Origin: Harriotta raleighana
Lineage: Eukaryota
Assembly: GCA_050575255.1 (NCBI GenBank)
Contig: JBNZDD010013730.1
Coordinates: forward strand, 6,680,925-6,744,924
Reading direction: 5' to 3'
Length of the DNA: 64,000 nucleotides
In this document: in pieces, positions 14,201 through 26,691 of the stretch
Layout: each line of letters starts with the position of its first letter
How positions within the stretch are numbered: position 1 is the stretch's first letter
Translations under genes and position numbers: made by a program
Notes under the pieces: model-generated
What the model was told of the DNA's origin: nothing
Database searches by the model: none
Seen by the model: only the letters and a program-made list of their open reading frames with translations

Positions 14201-17200
14201 AAGGACCTTTTGGCCATGGTGACAACTCATTTGTGGGTTAGGGGGAGAAGCATTGTAAAACAAACTTTATTAACTGGACACAAGAGTACTTTATATTTTA
14301 TACCAGGCGTTAGAGACTAAAGGTGGGTTGGGTGGTCATGTCTAGAGAAAAAATTCAATGGGTTCATTCTTTAAACATTAGATTTAATGTTTCCAAAAAA
14401 TGTGGTTATTATTTTATCTAGATGAATCTTTTTAATAATACAGCAGTTGCAGATAATGTTTCTTATTTTGGGAATTATCAGCAGGGACAATATTGCAGGG
14501 ACCTGACTAGCCATAAAGTGCGATGCTACTTATGGCACAATATTCAACACATTTTAATTTGGGTGTTGTAGAATGTGAACCAAAGAAACTTATTTTGTGT
14601 CATTTGCTTCAATATTTGTAAATATGTGTAGATATTTGGGTGATGGATAATCTTAAGGGTATATTTTATTCTGGCTGGATGTGAGAAGATGTCTTTTGTC
14701 AAACCTAATGTATTTCCCATCACAAATACATTGGTAAAAAGACTGTTTGTTGATGCTGTGGAAATGCAGAATCTAGAAAACCATGCCCTTTCTAACATTT
14801 TCCATTTCCTTGTGCGTTATGGCAAGCAGGATTGATCTGAGCAGAAATGTGCGGAGAAGGGGCACACAGCATAGTTATTTTCTCACTAAATAATGTTGCA
14901 AATTTAAGTTTAGGAAACGTTTGTAGATTTTGCACAAAATGATAATTGTTTGCATAGTAGATTATTTCCGTGGACCAGTAAGAGCAACACATCTTTCCTT
15001 TAGAAAGAATCTGAGAGCAGATTTTCAATATTGAGTTCAGCAAGTTGACTGTGTTGCTAATTTGTTTTTGAAATCCAGGACAACAATTGCATTGTTAGGA
15101 AAGTACAGGCAGATGAGTGAAGCAGAGAAGACAAAAATGAATATAACTTTTAAAATTTTCATTTTTATTATTATTGGACAGCAACTGACAGTCTTTTAGA
15201 TTATAGAAAATTGAAAAAATGACCATACCAGAAAGGAAAGTTAAGGTTGTAGGTTCAATGGATTGGATAAAGTAGAAAAACAACAACAATGAGTAAAGTT
15301 ACACAGTAATAAAAGTTCAAATGAAAGTTACAATCTGGTACATCTGTTAAAAAGGACAATGTGGCTCTAACAACTTGAAGCTGTAGAAAAAGACAGAGCC
15401 TGATATTGTATTAAGAAGACCATCGAAAGCTACAGTTATTGCAAAGTACATAAATATCATGCTGCCCTAGTGTGACCAGTTTAAAATTGAAAAAATATTA
15501 TGAGCGAGCGGCTTTCTGTTCAATCTAAAAGCTAAAAGTTACTTCTTCAGCTCAACAGCAATGGAAATATGATTAAGCTTCTCCTTTCTATTTCAGCATC
15601 AAATAAACTCATAGAAATACACAAGGATACTCTTGCTCATATCTAGAAAAAGTGTTTCAGCTGAATTCTACAAAAGCTGCAAAAACAGTACCATATTTCA
15701 CTCTTGAGATATAGTACAAAAGCTTTTACTCTGTGGCGAGAGGCAGTCTCTTATATATTGCTGCTAATAGAATATGTTAGTACCAAAAAATGTCTTACAT
15801 TAGCAGTTAAAATTCTGCAGCCACAAAAAAATGTACTGTAGTTTTAAGGAACTTCTCCTGTGTATAAAATATTAGTCTTGAAACATTTCAATCAGCTAAG
15901 TCCTGTTAAGTCCTCTTTGCCAAATACTATTATTTTTTTCCAATGAAAGCACAGGCAACAGGAAAACCTCTGCAGAAGTGAATAATACAAATATTTTTAA
16001 ATATAATTCCTTCCAAAAAATACTCCTAGCCCTCACTGTTGCAAATGTTCTCAATTCAACACTATACAAAATACACCATACACAAACAATAGTTGTTACA
16101 ATAATAGGAATAACAGTCCTTGCATTTGACATAGTCTTTCATGTTTGATGTTGCAAAGAAAGTGTTTTGTGTGATTCACTGTGAGGTCTCATAATTGTGC
16201 ATTTGTGTAGATGAAAGTCATGAAAACTCAAATTATGAAAGTGGTGGTTGTTTTATTTACATTTTCAAATCCATTATGACCACTAACAACTTTCCACAAA
16301 AATATGAAGTGAGCACACTTTGTGGTGACAAGTCTGATTTTCAAGAACATTAGATGACAAGATTAGTTTGTAAAAATCATGGAACTGATTTTATTTTGGT
16401 CTTTATTGCCAACCTGTATGATGGCACATGCCAATCTGGTTAAACTATGCATTAGTAAATTACAGAATGCACTGCTAATTCCTCAGTATTACTTGCCTTT
16501 TCTTTCCATTAATCAGACTGATGCATTTCAAATCTAATCAGACTAAAAATAACCTGGAAATCCAATTTCTCTGCAATGCCATTATTTTGCTATTAATCTT
16601 TGATTGTTTTTCAATCTACCAAGGCAGTGTCGTTTTGACAGATATTTGCATTAGTTTTACTCCAACTTAAAAGTACATCAGAAATATTGCCAACTGTAAT
16701 TTTTAAAGCTTTTAATTACATTTGGTTGGAGTCAGATAATTGGAATATTGATTCAATCACAAGACAAATTTTAACTGCTTCAGCCACATAGCTTTAAAGT
16801 AAAAAGGTAAATTAGCCCTAAAGTTAAAATTAAATCTTTCTTTCATTTGTAGTCATGCTAAGGTGGTTTTATTATTTCTGTTTCATATCATGCATGTGGC
16901 TAGCAATTCTCAATGTCTGACAACAGTGTCTGAATGTTAGACTATTCAATGGGTTTTAGCTGTTTCACATTAGAAGTTAAATTAATCCATGGATGGAAAT
17001 GCTTCATGTGATGGTGAACAAGAATAAAACCTTCAATCTATTCACTATCATCTGTATGAGTCGAACATAGGAGATTATTCTAAATTTACTAAAAGTAGAA
17101 TATATTTTAATTTTATCACTATTATTGTGCTGAAAGAGAATTAGCTTTTTTATTTATTTATTTTTCTTTTCAAGACTGTGAGCTCCTTGTAACCAGAGGC

Positions 17201-17465
17201 AGTCAATGCTCCAAGACTTTATATAAATGGTGTTATTTACCAGCAGAAAATGTCAGTGTTTTCCTCCCCAGAGAATAAATATCCATCTATACAAAGTGCT
17301 CCACCTAATGATCTGGTCAAAAATTGCAGTATTGTATATGAGTTTCAAAGATTTATAGTATCACATGATACAAAATAAATATGTATACTTCATTAAACGA
17401 TTTATTTATCAAAGTTACAAAAAAAAAAAAATTCTTATTAATGATTTATATTCTTTTCCTCTGAG

Positions 17466-17710
17466 TGGAGTCCTGTAAATTAGTGGTTAGAGCAATTGCC
17501 TCAAGTGAGAGGACCTGGGTTTGATTCCCGAGCAGGGCAAAGCGTTGGTTCACTCAATCCGTGATTGTTTGTGGGACATCTCTGTGTGCAATTGGCTGCT
17601 GTATTTCACCAGCAAAATAAACAGACAATTCACTTTACAGTATGTTCCGTGAAGTGATTTGAGACTTCAAAAAGATGTGATGAGGCGCTATATCAAACGC
17701 AAGAATTATT
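17466..17710 (+). mobile_element. tRNA-derived Deu-type SINE (internally deleted)
   Basis: tRNA-like head with A/B boxes, shared body, tail gcgctatatcaaacgcaagaattatt. Confidence 0.85.
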
Positions 17711-17711
17711 A

Positions 17712-17806
17712 AAAAAACACACAAAAGTTACTGGGGAAACTTAGCAAGTCAGGCAGCATCCATGGAGAAAAAGTGAGTCAAGGTTCTGGGTCCACGATCC
17801 TTCATT
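17712..17806 (-). mobile_element. Short Penelope-like retroelement relic
   Basis: Minus strand reads atgaaggatcgtggacccagaaccttgactcactttttctccatggatgctgcctgacttgctaagtttccccag, homologous to the element at 3417. Confidence 0.65.
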
Positions 17807-18554
17807 ATTACTTCCCAGTGTCAAGATCAATCAGTCAAATATAGCAGTCTGAGTGAAGCTCTCTCGTAGCATTGGTGACTTATATCTTCATAAAGCTTCG
17901 CATATGGAAAAGGCCAGTGAAATTATAATTAGAGCTATTTTCATCCAGTAAAACAAAAGAAGAAAAAATATCCATCTGCTGTCATTGTACTGGCATCCAG
18001 GTTTGATTTTCTAAGTTGAAACATAAATATTAACTGCTCAGTGACGGAAGTGTAATTGGGATCTGTACTCTGACATTGAGCACAGCCAATTTCATGGGTG
18101 ACTCATTCGCAGAAATATTTATACAGCATTACTTACTGGCTATCATATCTGTTCTATGCAGAATATATGGGGTTTATACCATTCCCATTTAACATGGTGT
18201 GATTGATACCCAATGACACTATTTTAGATCATAGGCTGCAATGTAGAATATGACTACAGTTCAAACATTGTGCCCTGATTGCACGAAGCCTCACTCCCAC
18301 CCGTCCTCATCAACCATTCATTATGTCATATTCATCACAAGCAAAATACAAAGCATTTTGCAAATCTCGCAAATCAGACTCCAGTGAATGTTTCAAGGTG
18401 GAACATCCTCAACATTTGTTTGAAGTGTTTGAAGCTAACTCTCAGGCACTGTGGACTTGTTCCTTTCTCAACTTGTAGCAGACTACCACAGTATATCATA
18501 ATTATGCACCAATATGTTTTGTAACTGCTCATGTTACAACTCACAAAATATATA

Positions 18555-18650
18555 GTCAATTCACTTTACAGTATATTCTGTGAAGCACTTTGAAACATGT
18601 CGACGACATGTTAAGGCACTATCTCAAAAGCAAGGATTATTATCATTATT
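18555..18650 (+). mobile_element. SINE 3' tail fragment
   Basis: gtcaattcactttacagtatattctgtgaagcactttg...caaggattattatcattatt. Confidence 0.8.
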
Positions 18651-18708
18651 AACTCAAACTGATGATTTTCAAGAAAACGTTTCGGTTTCTAGAAATCCGA
18701 TAATGCAT

Positions 18709-18802
18709 TTTATTTACTGCATTCCGCTCCACATATCTCAGTTTCAAAAGAAGCCTTTTATTGTTCGACACGGTTAATTTCCAATAAACAAACCTTTTTA
18801 TT
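18709..18802 (-). promoter_or_regulatory. Candidate polyadenylation signal cluster for ST6GALNAC3
   Basis: Three AATAAA hexamers on the minus strand (plus tttatt at 18709, 18757, 18797) about 1.7 kb after the stop codon. A proximal hexamer also lies at 20315-20320. Confidence 0.35.
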
Positions 18803-20450
18803 TGGCTTGTGAACACATCGATCATGGTAATGATTAAAAATAGCATTGGTGAAGTAGGTTTAGTCATTTTCTTGGGCGTTATTAAAAATTCATTCGATTT
18901 TTGTTACATCAGTAAAAAAGAAAAAAAAATTCTTCTGAAGTACATAATATAAAAAAGCACAACGTCAAATGAAATGCTTTGATGCAATCCACACATAACC
19001 AATAAGATTATGAACCACACATATAAAAAAAATGCCAGTAAAGCATTAAATTAATGGGCTGGAACATTTCAGTAAAGGCTCCAGTATTAGCTCATAACTT
19101 TACAAAACAAAAGTTTAGCATACCCTTTACCAAAGATAAACAATAAGGCTATTTGGCTTAGTGGACGTCAAACAATACACTGAAGTTATTGAACTATGCT
19201 CTCATGGACAAATCATTGCAAACAAAAAATTGCAATATTGTATTAAAGTAATACTGTTTATAACACTGAGAAGGAAAATAAATAATAAATCGATATTGTA
19301 TTACAGAATGGAACACCATAGGGTTTCTTGCTTTATCACTGAAAACTTACATCAGTAAAAATCATATTAAATACAATAAAAATTATCAATTTAAACTAGT
19401 GATGAGTAATAGTAAGACAATATTTGACCCTTTTTTACTTTCGCAAAGACAGATACATGTTTGCTTTTGACTTATGCACTGTCTATGATTCGCAACTCTA
19501 ACAGTTCATGTTTGACAACAAGGCCTTCACCTAAGATTATTGGTGAATTATCATGGCTGGTTTTAACTCAAAGTAGAGTTGTGAGAAGGCTGGGTTGTAT
19601 TCAGTAAATCACAGAACATTTTGTAATAATGATGTTAATGTTCGGTGTATTCAGTGCATGGATGAAATTGAACCAAAGCAAATCTTGTGAATTTGCTGCC
19701 ATATTCTCAATATACTGTATCTGCAAATTCATCCCTCTATAACAAATCAGACTTCATTTACACATGCCTGTCATTTTAAATACATGGGGATTCCATACAA
19801 AGTTTAAAGTTGATTAAAAAAAAGCAGCCTTAATGATAATGATTAACATATTTGAACACTGCAGCAATCTATTATTTTTCTAACATTATATATTTGAATA
19901 ATCATTTTCACAAGTAAATCAATTCACTGTCCAAAACCTAAATGACAAGAGTAAGCAACAAGTCATGAGGTGACTTGCTCTAATCATTTAACTTGAACTG
20001 GCAATCACCAACTGGCAACACGCCAATTCCTTTGGTTAAAATCTCATCTTATTACTGACTTTACCTTTCCCGGACAGTACTTTCAAACAGAAGAATCAAC
20101 TGAAAGATGATTCAACCGAAAGGCAAAATATGATTTTGAACTGCATTTTAGTGAATGCTAACATTATTTGACCTTTGTTGGGTATTCCATAGTCAATATT
20201 TAAAGTGCTTACATGTGTCAAAAATACTCTATCATATCATCAAAAGTCGCAGATTGACAAGGCTTTAGTGGAAGAAAGTGACCGATGATTTTTTACCCCT
20301 GGCTAATGAAAGGCTTTATTCTGGAGCCTATTCATCGTTAACTGTTCACTTTTGTCAACGAAGGAAGGCAGAAAATAATTCTTGTACAGTGAGTCTAACA
20401 GACGTAATAAATGTCAGACCATCATTTTTCTTGTTCAATTCTAATCTGTG

Positions 20451-20640
20451 TCATGAGAGTGACCACATTGGATGTGAGAATGTCATGTTGTGTTGTTTGG
20501 CCCATTTTGCAAAGACAGATTTTTCTGTAATGAATCTGTGACCTCCATAAGGGGCATTTTCATGCAGGAAATATTCGGTACATTCATCTCGACTCCCAGC
20601 TTCATAGTAATGATAAGGAACTCTTTTGTATCCTTCAGTT
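20451..20640 (-). CDS. ST6GALNAC3: ST6GALNAC3 last coding exon (equivalent to exon 5), motif III (HYYE) and sialylmotif VS (HRFITE)
   Basis: TEGYKRVPYHYYEAGSRDECTEYFLHENAPYGGHRFITEKSVFAKWAKQHNMTFSHPMWSLS*. Acceptor tctccacag; stop TGA at 20453-20451. 410+108+190=708 nt, in frame. Confidence 0.96.
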
Positions 20641-20984
20641 CTGTGGAGACTAAGCATAATCATAAGTGACATTTTGACCCAGGCATTTTCTCTACACATA
20701 ATTACATTCTAAGCAGGTTTAAATCCAGTCTTGACATGCCTTATAAAATATATGAATCAGGGGATTGTTGCACAGTCAAGTCATATTGTGAAAAAATTTA
20801 AAAGCTGTCAAACAATAACATTTATAGATTTTCCATAACAAAATTCACACAGGCCTGGTAATTTGAACCTTTTTAAAAAAAAAAATTATTTGCTGGTTTG
20901 GAATATAAGCAATATTTTGTGCTGGCTGAGAAATTGCATTAGAAACCATGGAATTTTTTTTCTCTCTGCTGTTAAAACTACGTA

Positions 20985-21230
20985 CTTGTATTTGTTTAGC
21001 ACTCTTTCTTATATAGCAGGATAGCCTCTCAGAAGGTTTAACAGTGGCACAGCCTGATGTGGATCTGGGGAGAGGGTAGAGGTGAGCATAAACCCGGCCG
21101 AAGAGGAAGGTCTTCAGATGTCATCTGAAAATGGGGAAGGAGGGGACAAGATGGAGGGGTTGAGCGAGAAAGTTCCAAACTTTGGGGGCGAAGAGGCTGA
21201 AAGTTCAGGCGTCGATGGTGGAGAGATGAC
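20985..21230 (-). mobile_element. Diverged L2 LINE 3' fragment in the last intron
   Basis: ggccgaagaggaaggtcttcag...aagttccaaactttggggg resembles the L2 copies at 28193 and 43543. Confidence 0.65.
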
Positions 21231-21509
21231 ACAAACCACCCTTGTGGCTAATCAAATGTCAATTTGTACTAAGTTATGGATTGATTTATGCTGTTGCTTG
21301 GTCATGCCTAAGGCACATTTCCTAGATGTAAGCTAATTTTATTCATTGATAATAATTCTTATTCCAATTATTTAATTTAGTGTCCAGCTATTTTCTCCTT
21401 TTTCCATATTGTGTGAAACTCTTCTGGAGAACACCAGCCACAAAGCAAATAAGCAATTCAAAACTGCAATGTGCTGTGTGATCTCTGAAAAGACTTCCAG
21501 TGATCTTAC

Positions 21510-21617
21510 CTGCAGTGGGTGGCATTAATCATACCATAGATATGGATTTTGTGACAAACATCCATAGCAAGGACAAGCGTGAACCAGCCGGTACTCAGGT
21601 ATGAACCAGACTGTACT
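21510..21617 (-). CDS. ST6GALNAC3: ST6GALNAC3 internal coding exon (equivalent to exon 4, 108 nt), sialylmotif S
   Basis: Absent from the ORF track and read by hand: (R)VQSGSYLSTGWFTLVLAMDVCHKIHIYGMINATHC(R). Polypyrimidine acceptor ending ttttgatag; donor AG|gtaag. Phases 2/2 fit both neighbouring exons. Confidence 0.96.
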
Positions 21618-24295
21618 CTATCAAAAGAAAAGAGAAGGGGGATCAAACAAATCATTAAAATGATGAAGCATTAGCAAATCATCAAAACCTTATGATACAT
21701 TATTTTCAGCATAAGACTTTGGGTATGTTGACTGAAAACGTCACAATTTGAGAACTGTTTTGAATTATTTCTTTTGTATTTGCAACTCCTGCCAGCCACT
21801 GTATAGCTGAAGGCTAAGCTGCAGTCATCAAAATACAATTTGTGAAGTGAGCTGAAACGTTTTTCAAATTAAAAACAGAGATGCAATTGTTCACATCCAA
21901 AAGACAGACCAAAATAACACTATGTGTAAACAGTTGTCAACTTGCTTTCTCTTATTGTTCATATTGTGGATGCAGTAATCAGTTTAATAAATTATTGACA
22001 TCACTTCTGATTGCAAACTGCTGATATTGTTTGAAACACTTACAGTATAAGCTGTAAAATTTCAGGACAACATACACTCAATTACAATACTTGCAATGAA
22101 TTGTCATTGACATGGAAAAAAATAGTTATACCCCTGGGAAGGAGAATTTTTTTTAAAAATTCATAAATATTTTATATCTGCTGTCAATTGTTTGACTCAC
22201 AAAATGACATAAACAAAATGTTTTTTTACTGAAAATAAACTGAGGGAGTCAATTTCACCTGAATTAAAATATATTATATTTTCATCACAACCTCCTCAAT
22301 TGCCTTTATGCGATCTGTAAGAATCTGAAGTATGTCTGGAATAGTTTTAAAGTCAAGCCTTCAGCACTTTGGCTTCAAAATGGTTTGAAATTAAATATTA
22401 CACCAAATAAGACCAAAAGCAAAACTTGTTCCTTGGCACCTCACATCAATTTTTACTATTTTCCATTTACAAGAACAGTGAAACAAATTTTCAATTTTTA
22501 AGTGTGAGTAACATATAAATGGTGGTATCCCGTTAATAGAAAAAAAAATATTAATCGACACTAGAGGCTTAGAAAAATAGCACTGTTAATTTGGCAAAAC
22601 AGCACTTGTAACTTGATAAAATGCTACCTCAAATATTATTAATACTGTATAACATTTCTAACCTACACATGTGGCAAGCCAAATGAATGAGTGCATTTGC
22701 CCATTATGGCTCTGCAGGCAATAAAAAATGGAATGAGAGAATGGCAGCTGAACAGGTGAGAATTCAGATAGAAAGTGAGAAAAATGCCTACATTCTGTAC
22801 AAAGTATATTACAGAATAATACAGTACATGGTTGAGGAGACAAGTTCCATATTTTGAGTGGGGAGGAATTCAGATTTGATAAATCTCCGTTTACCAGTCC
22901 CTTCACCCCTTAAATGGAGCAGCTTTGATTAGAACACTTCTAATCGTATTTTTAAGATTTTAGGGGTGCAGAAAGTTAAAACTCACTGGTCAGGTGCAGT
23001 AATTCCAGTTTTGCATCTCTGGAACATTTGATTTATACTTTAGTGCAACATTATAAATGCATTCTCATTTCTCTGTATAGATAATGAAACCTGTAATAAC
23101 CAGGATGATGAATGGGAACAGAACAACTGCATAATTTGTTTTTCCAGTAAACTTGAACTTTTTTTGCAATTGCTGGAGTAAAATGCAGAGCTTATCATAA
23201 ACAAAATCTAATTTGCCTTTCTGTTGTCTATCTTAACATGAAATAAATTTGGCATTCTGTAAGCATTAGAAATAAGATTTCTTTAAACTTCCAAGTTCTA
23301 ATTCAGTTACAGTGCAGCAGCGTATAAAATGTGAAATTACAGCAATTTCTCGCAATTGTCTATATGCAATGAAAATAATGCACACTGAAAACATAGTCAG
23401 ATTATATGACTAGTATTGTAAATTTGAAGCTGCACTATCCCTACTGATTAGGATCACAAATTGGTTGAGATTGCAGTTGCATCGTGATGCTCTGCTTTTT
23501 TTTCTGTCTTGAAATTGCATATCATCTGGACTCTTTCGTTATTTTGTAGAGTATTTTATTGGGGTATATTTTGGAGCACTCTCTTGATGGTTTCAACACA
23601 AACTCATCAAAGTGATTTGGAGATCATTTCAAAAGATTTTGCTGTCTGCTCTTGATGCATGCCATCACTTCCCGTGACATTCGTTACTCAAGAGAAATCT
23701 AAATTCAAACATTGGAAATCATAATTAATTTCCTTTCGGAGATACGGATTGTTTTAATAAAAACAGAATAAGATAGGCTTATTCTATTCATTCCATTTTT
23801 AGAAAATTAGATTTTGGAGGGCTCCATGTGGTTTGAATTTTTATACACCAAAAATGAACTCTTTCCTTTCAAAAATGCCCCCTTAAAGATCTTGCAGCTT
23901 ATTATTATTCATTTAAGGTTTACACTAATCTATACCTCAAGGAGTTTTTGATTAATACTAACCTAAAGAGTCAGGTTATCACTCTCAACAAAAATCTTTT
24001 CAAGTCTTGTTAGACCTTGGATTTTTACAACAGTAATGAGTAATTTAGAAAGGAAGTGTCTAAAGGTATGGAAAGACAGTGTGGTTGTATTACCATGGAT
24101 TTGCCAGACAGCCATTTTAACAGAGAAGATACACAAATAGACGAGTATGTTGAATTAATTCAGAATGTACCATTTTTGCCCCCTTTACATTTTTCAGGCA
24201 CATTTTAATCACTGACATTTACTTTTCAAAGAAAACAAAAGTGTAAAGTTTTCTTTTAGCTAATTAGCCACATGTCAGGCTGGCGTAGTACTATC

Positions 24296-24356
24296 AACAA
24301 CAACAAAATTACATTTATAGAGTGCCTTTCACATCGGGAGGAAGTCCCAAGACGCT
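24296..24356 (-). mobile_element. L2 3' tail fragment
   Basis: caacaacaacaaaattacatttatagagtgcctttcacatcgggaggaagtcccaa. Confidence 0.75.
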
Positions 24357-24756
24357 GAGTCAGAGATTGTGGGTTGAAGTCCTAAGTCAGGACTCATATA
24401 GTTCAAGCAGACACTCCAATGCAGAGCTGGAGGTCTGCTGCATTGTCGGATGTACCGTTCTTCGGACAAAAAGATAAGCTGAGGTCCCATCTATCTTTAC
24501 AAGTGGACGTTAAAGATTCCATGGTATTATTCACAAAGCAAAGTTTTTCCCTAATTTCTCCTTGCCCACGATCCCCTGAATAAAATTGGTCTCTCACTCA
24601 CCCCATGGGTGTTTGTGGGCATAGTTGTGTACTGCTGCTGCGTTTTGCCCATAAAATGCAGTCAATGCTCTTTATAGTGAATACAGTGAAGCACTTTGAG
24701 ACAGCTCAATGACGTGATAAGGTCGTAAAACAACTGCAAAGATTACTATTATTATT
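24357..24756 (+). mobile_element. Older, longer DeuSINE-like element
   Basis: B-box-like gggttgaagtcc, central Deu-like segment (gcagacactccaatgcag...gtggacgttaaagattccatgg) and shared tail ending (TTA)n. Confidence 0.7.
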
Positions 24757-25776
24757 CTTTGCAAAAGCCAGAAAGCATTAATGTAGTTTCCAATAAGTGG
24801 AAGTACATCACACCAACCCAAATGAACTGTGAGCTGATGCAATCTATGTCTATTAAATAAAATCCCTTGAAACTCTCTTCTTGTGTGGCCTCACCGAGAA
24901 TTAATGATTTATAAATCTAGCTTTTATTGTCCCTAATCTAATTAAACTGCCATATTTGACTACAGTTGAAACACATTATGATGCATATCTATTTTATACC
25001 ATTCAAGGTTCTTATGAAGATGTTTTTTTTAAAATCATGCTGTAATACAGTATATCTCTTCCAATAGATCTGCAGTATCGCTATTAAGCTGTAAGGAGGT
25101 TGAAACTGTAGCACTTTTCATTTGATGAGTAACATTTCTGAGGAGTAAGTGCAACCATATTGAACCAATGAATGTTCTTTAGCATCACGTAACTGAGCTC
25201 AATAAAGGAAAAGCAATCCACTATTGCCTGTCAAAAGAAAGATTTATAACTTAAAGGTAAGCTTCAATTCATAAAATACAATCTAGATACTAGATAGATA
25301 CTCTATAGAGATATGGTTACCTAGAGAAAGATAAAACTTTATTAATATGTAATGGTGTTTTCACAAAATCTTAAGGTTGGGTAATAACTCAGTCAATTGT
25401 GACTGTCTAAGTTCTTCTTTATTCATTTCATACAAATGGATTCATTTCATACTTGTTTTACAACATAGTGATTTATAGCTTTTGGTATTTTATCACATTG
25501 TTGCCCTTCATAAACTTTTTAATGGCCCATCCCCAAGAAAAGAGTAATACTGTAAACCTATCTTTCGGTTATTGCAAAGAACTGAGCTTAATCAAAATGA
25601 AAGAGAATGGTAAATTAAATTCTGAGTACCTAATTACAGTTTCACTCTTTATGAAATGAATGTGAAAGATTCAAGGGTAAGGTAACCTACTCATAAGTAA
25701 CAGACACATTCGATATTATAGTCTCTTCAAATAAGCATTAAAAAAGTGAATCTTTGATATATCAGCTAGTAGCGTC

Positions 25777-25916
25777 AAATGTGACATTTCATCGAAAGGG
25801 ATCATGAATAGCAACTCACCTTCCCCTCGTCCTGGCTTGGCCTCAGACNAAATGTGACATTTCATCGAAAGGGATCATGAATAGCAACTCACCTTCCCCT
25901 CGTCCTGGCTTGGCCT
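25777..25916. other. 67-bp duplication across a single N (probable assembly overlap)
   Basis: 25777-25843 is repeated at 25850-25916; N at 25849. Confidence 0.85.
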
Positions 25917-26619
25917 TCCACCATTGTGAAGCGCTCTGAAACGCTGGTCAGAATGGAGGACGCTACATAAATGCGAGTTGTCACTAACGCAGGATCAACA
26001 ACCAACTCATGGGTTCCACGATGTGAAGTAGAGGATCTCATGAGTGGGCTGGGCTGTGTTATAGGTTCCTGTAATATTCTCTGTTAGCAACTTTTGAATT
26101 GCTGTTCGTGATTCCCATTGCAAAGCAATACTTTTTTGACATTCCCAGTCTTCCCCCCGCCCTTTCCAATATGACTATCCAATATTCTGAATAATTTTCA
26201 GCTTGTCCTAGAATTTTTATGACAAATGTTTTTAAATCACTGAAAATAAGACCGCAGCATACTGTATTGAACAATTTAAAAAAGACAGTTTACTTCAATC
26301 ATTTGAAAACTTCAAGGAAGAAACATTAGCAACAGCAACTTAAAATAAATGTATTTACATCAATTGGAGGATCCTAGGAAGTCAATAGTTCCTATTATTT
26401 GTGAATGAAAAAAACAGGCAAAATAATTGCTTGATTCATTGGTTAAAACTAGACGGATGAGGCAATCTTTTACAATGTTGGGGAAACCAGCTTTCATTAA
26501 TGTTAAGTAATATTGATTTTACAATATCTAAATTCTATGTTATTTTCAAAATGACAGACTTCAAATACAGTCAAATAAATGTTAACTCAAGAACAGTTTA
26601 CTGGGGGGCTCTAGCTACA

Positions 26620-26691
26620 TAATAATACTGTAGTTACAATGGTACATTTACGTTTAAGTGTAAATGTACCATTGTAACTACAGTATTATTA
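26620..26691. repeat. Perfect inverted repeat, 32-bp arms with 8-nt spacer
   Basis: taataatactgtagttacaatggtacatttac-gtttaagt-gtaaatgtaccattgtaactacagtattatta. Confidence 0.97.

Noticed and set aside
20641-20699. N-terminal part of ORF 20451-20699 (MCRENAW...)
   Set aside because: It lies upstream of the acceptor AG and is intronic.
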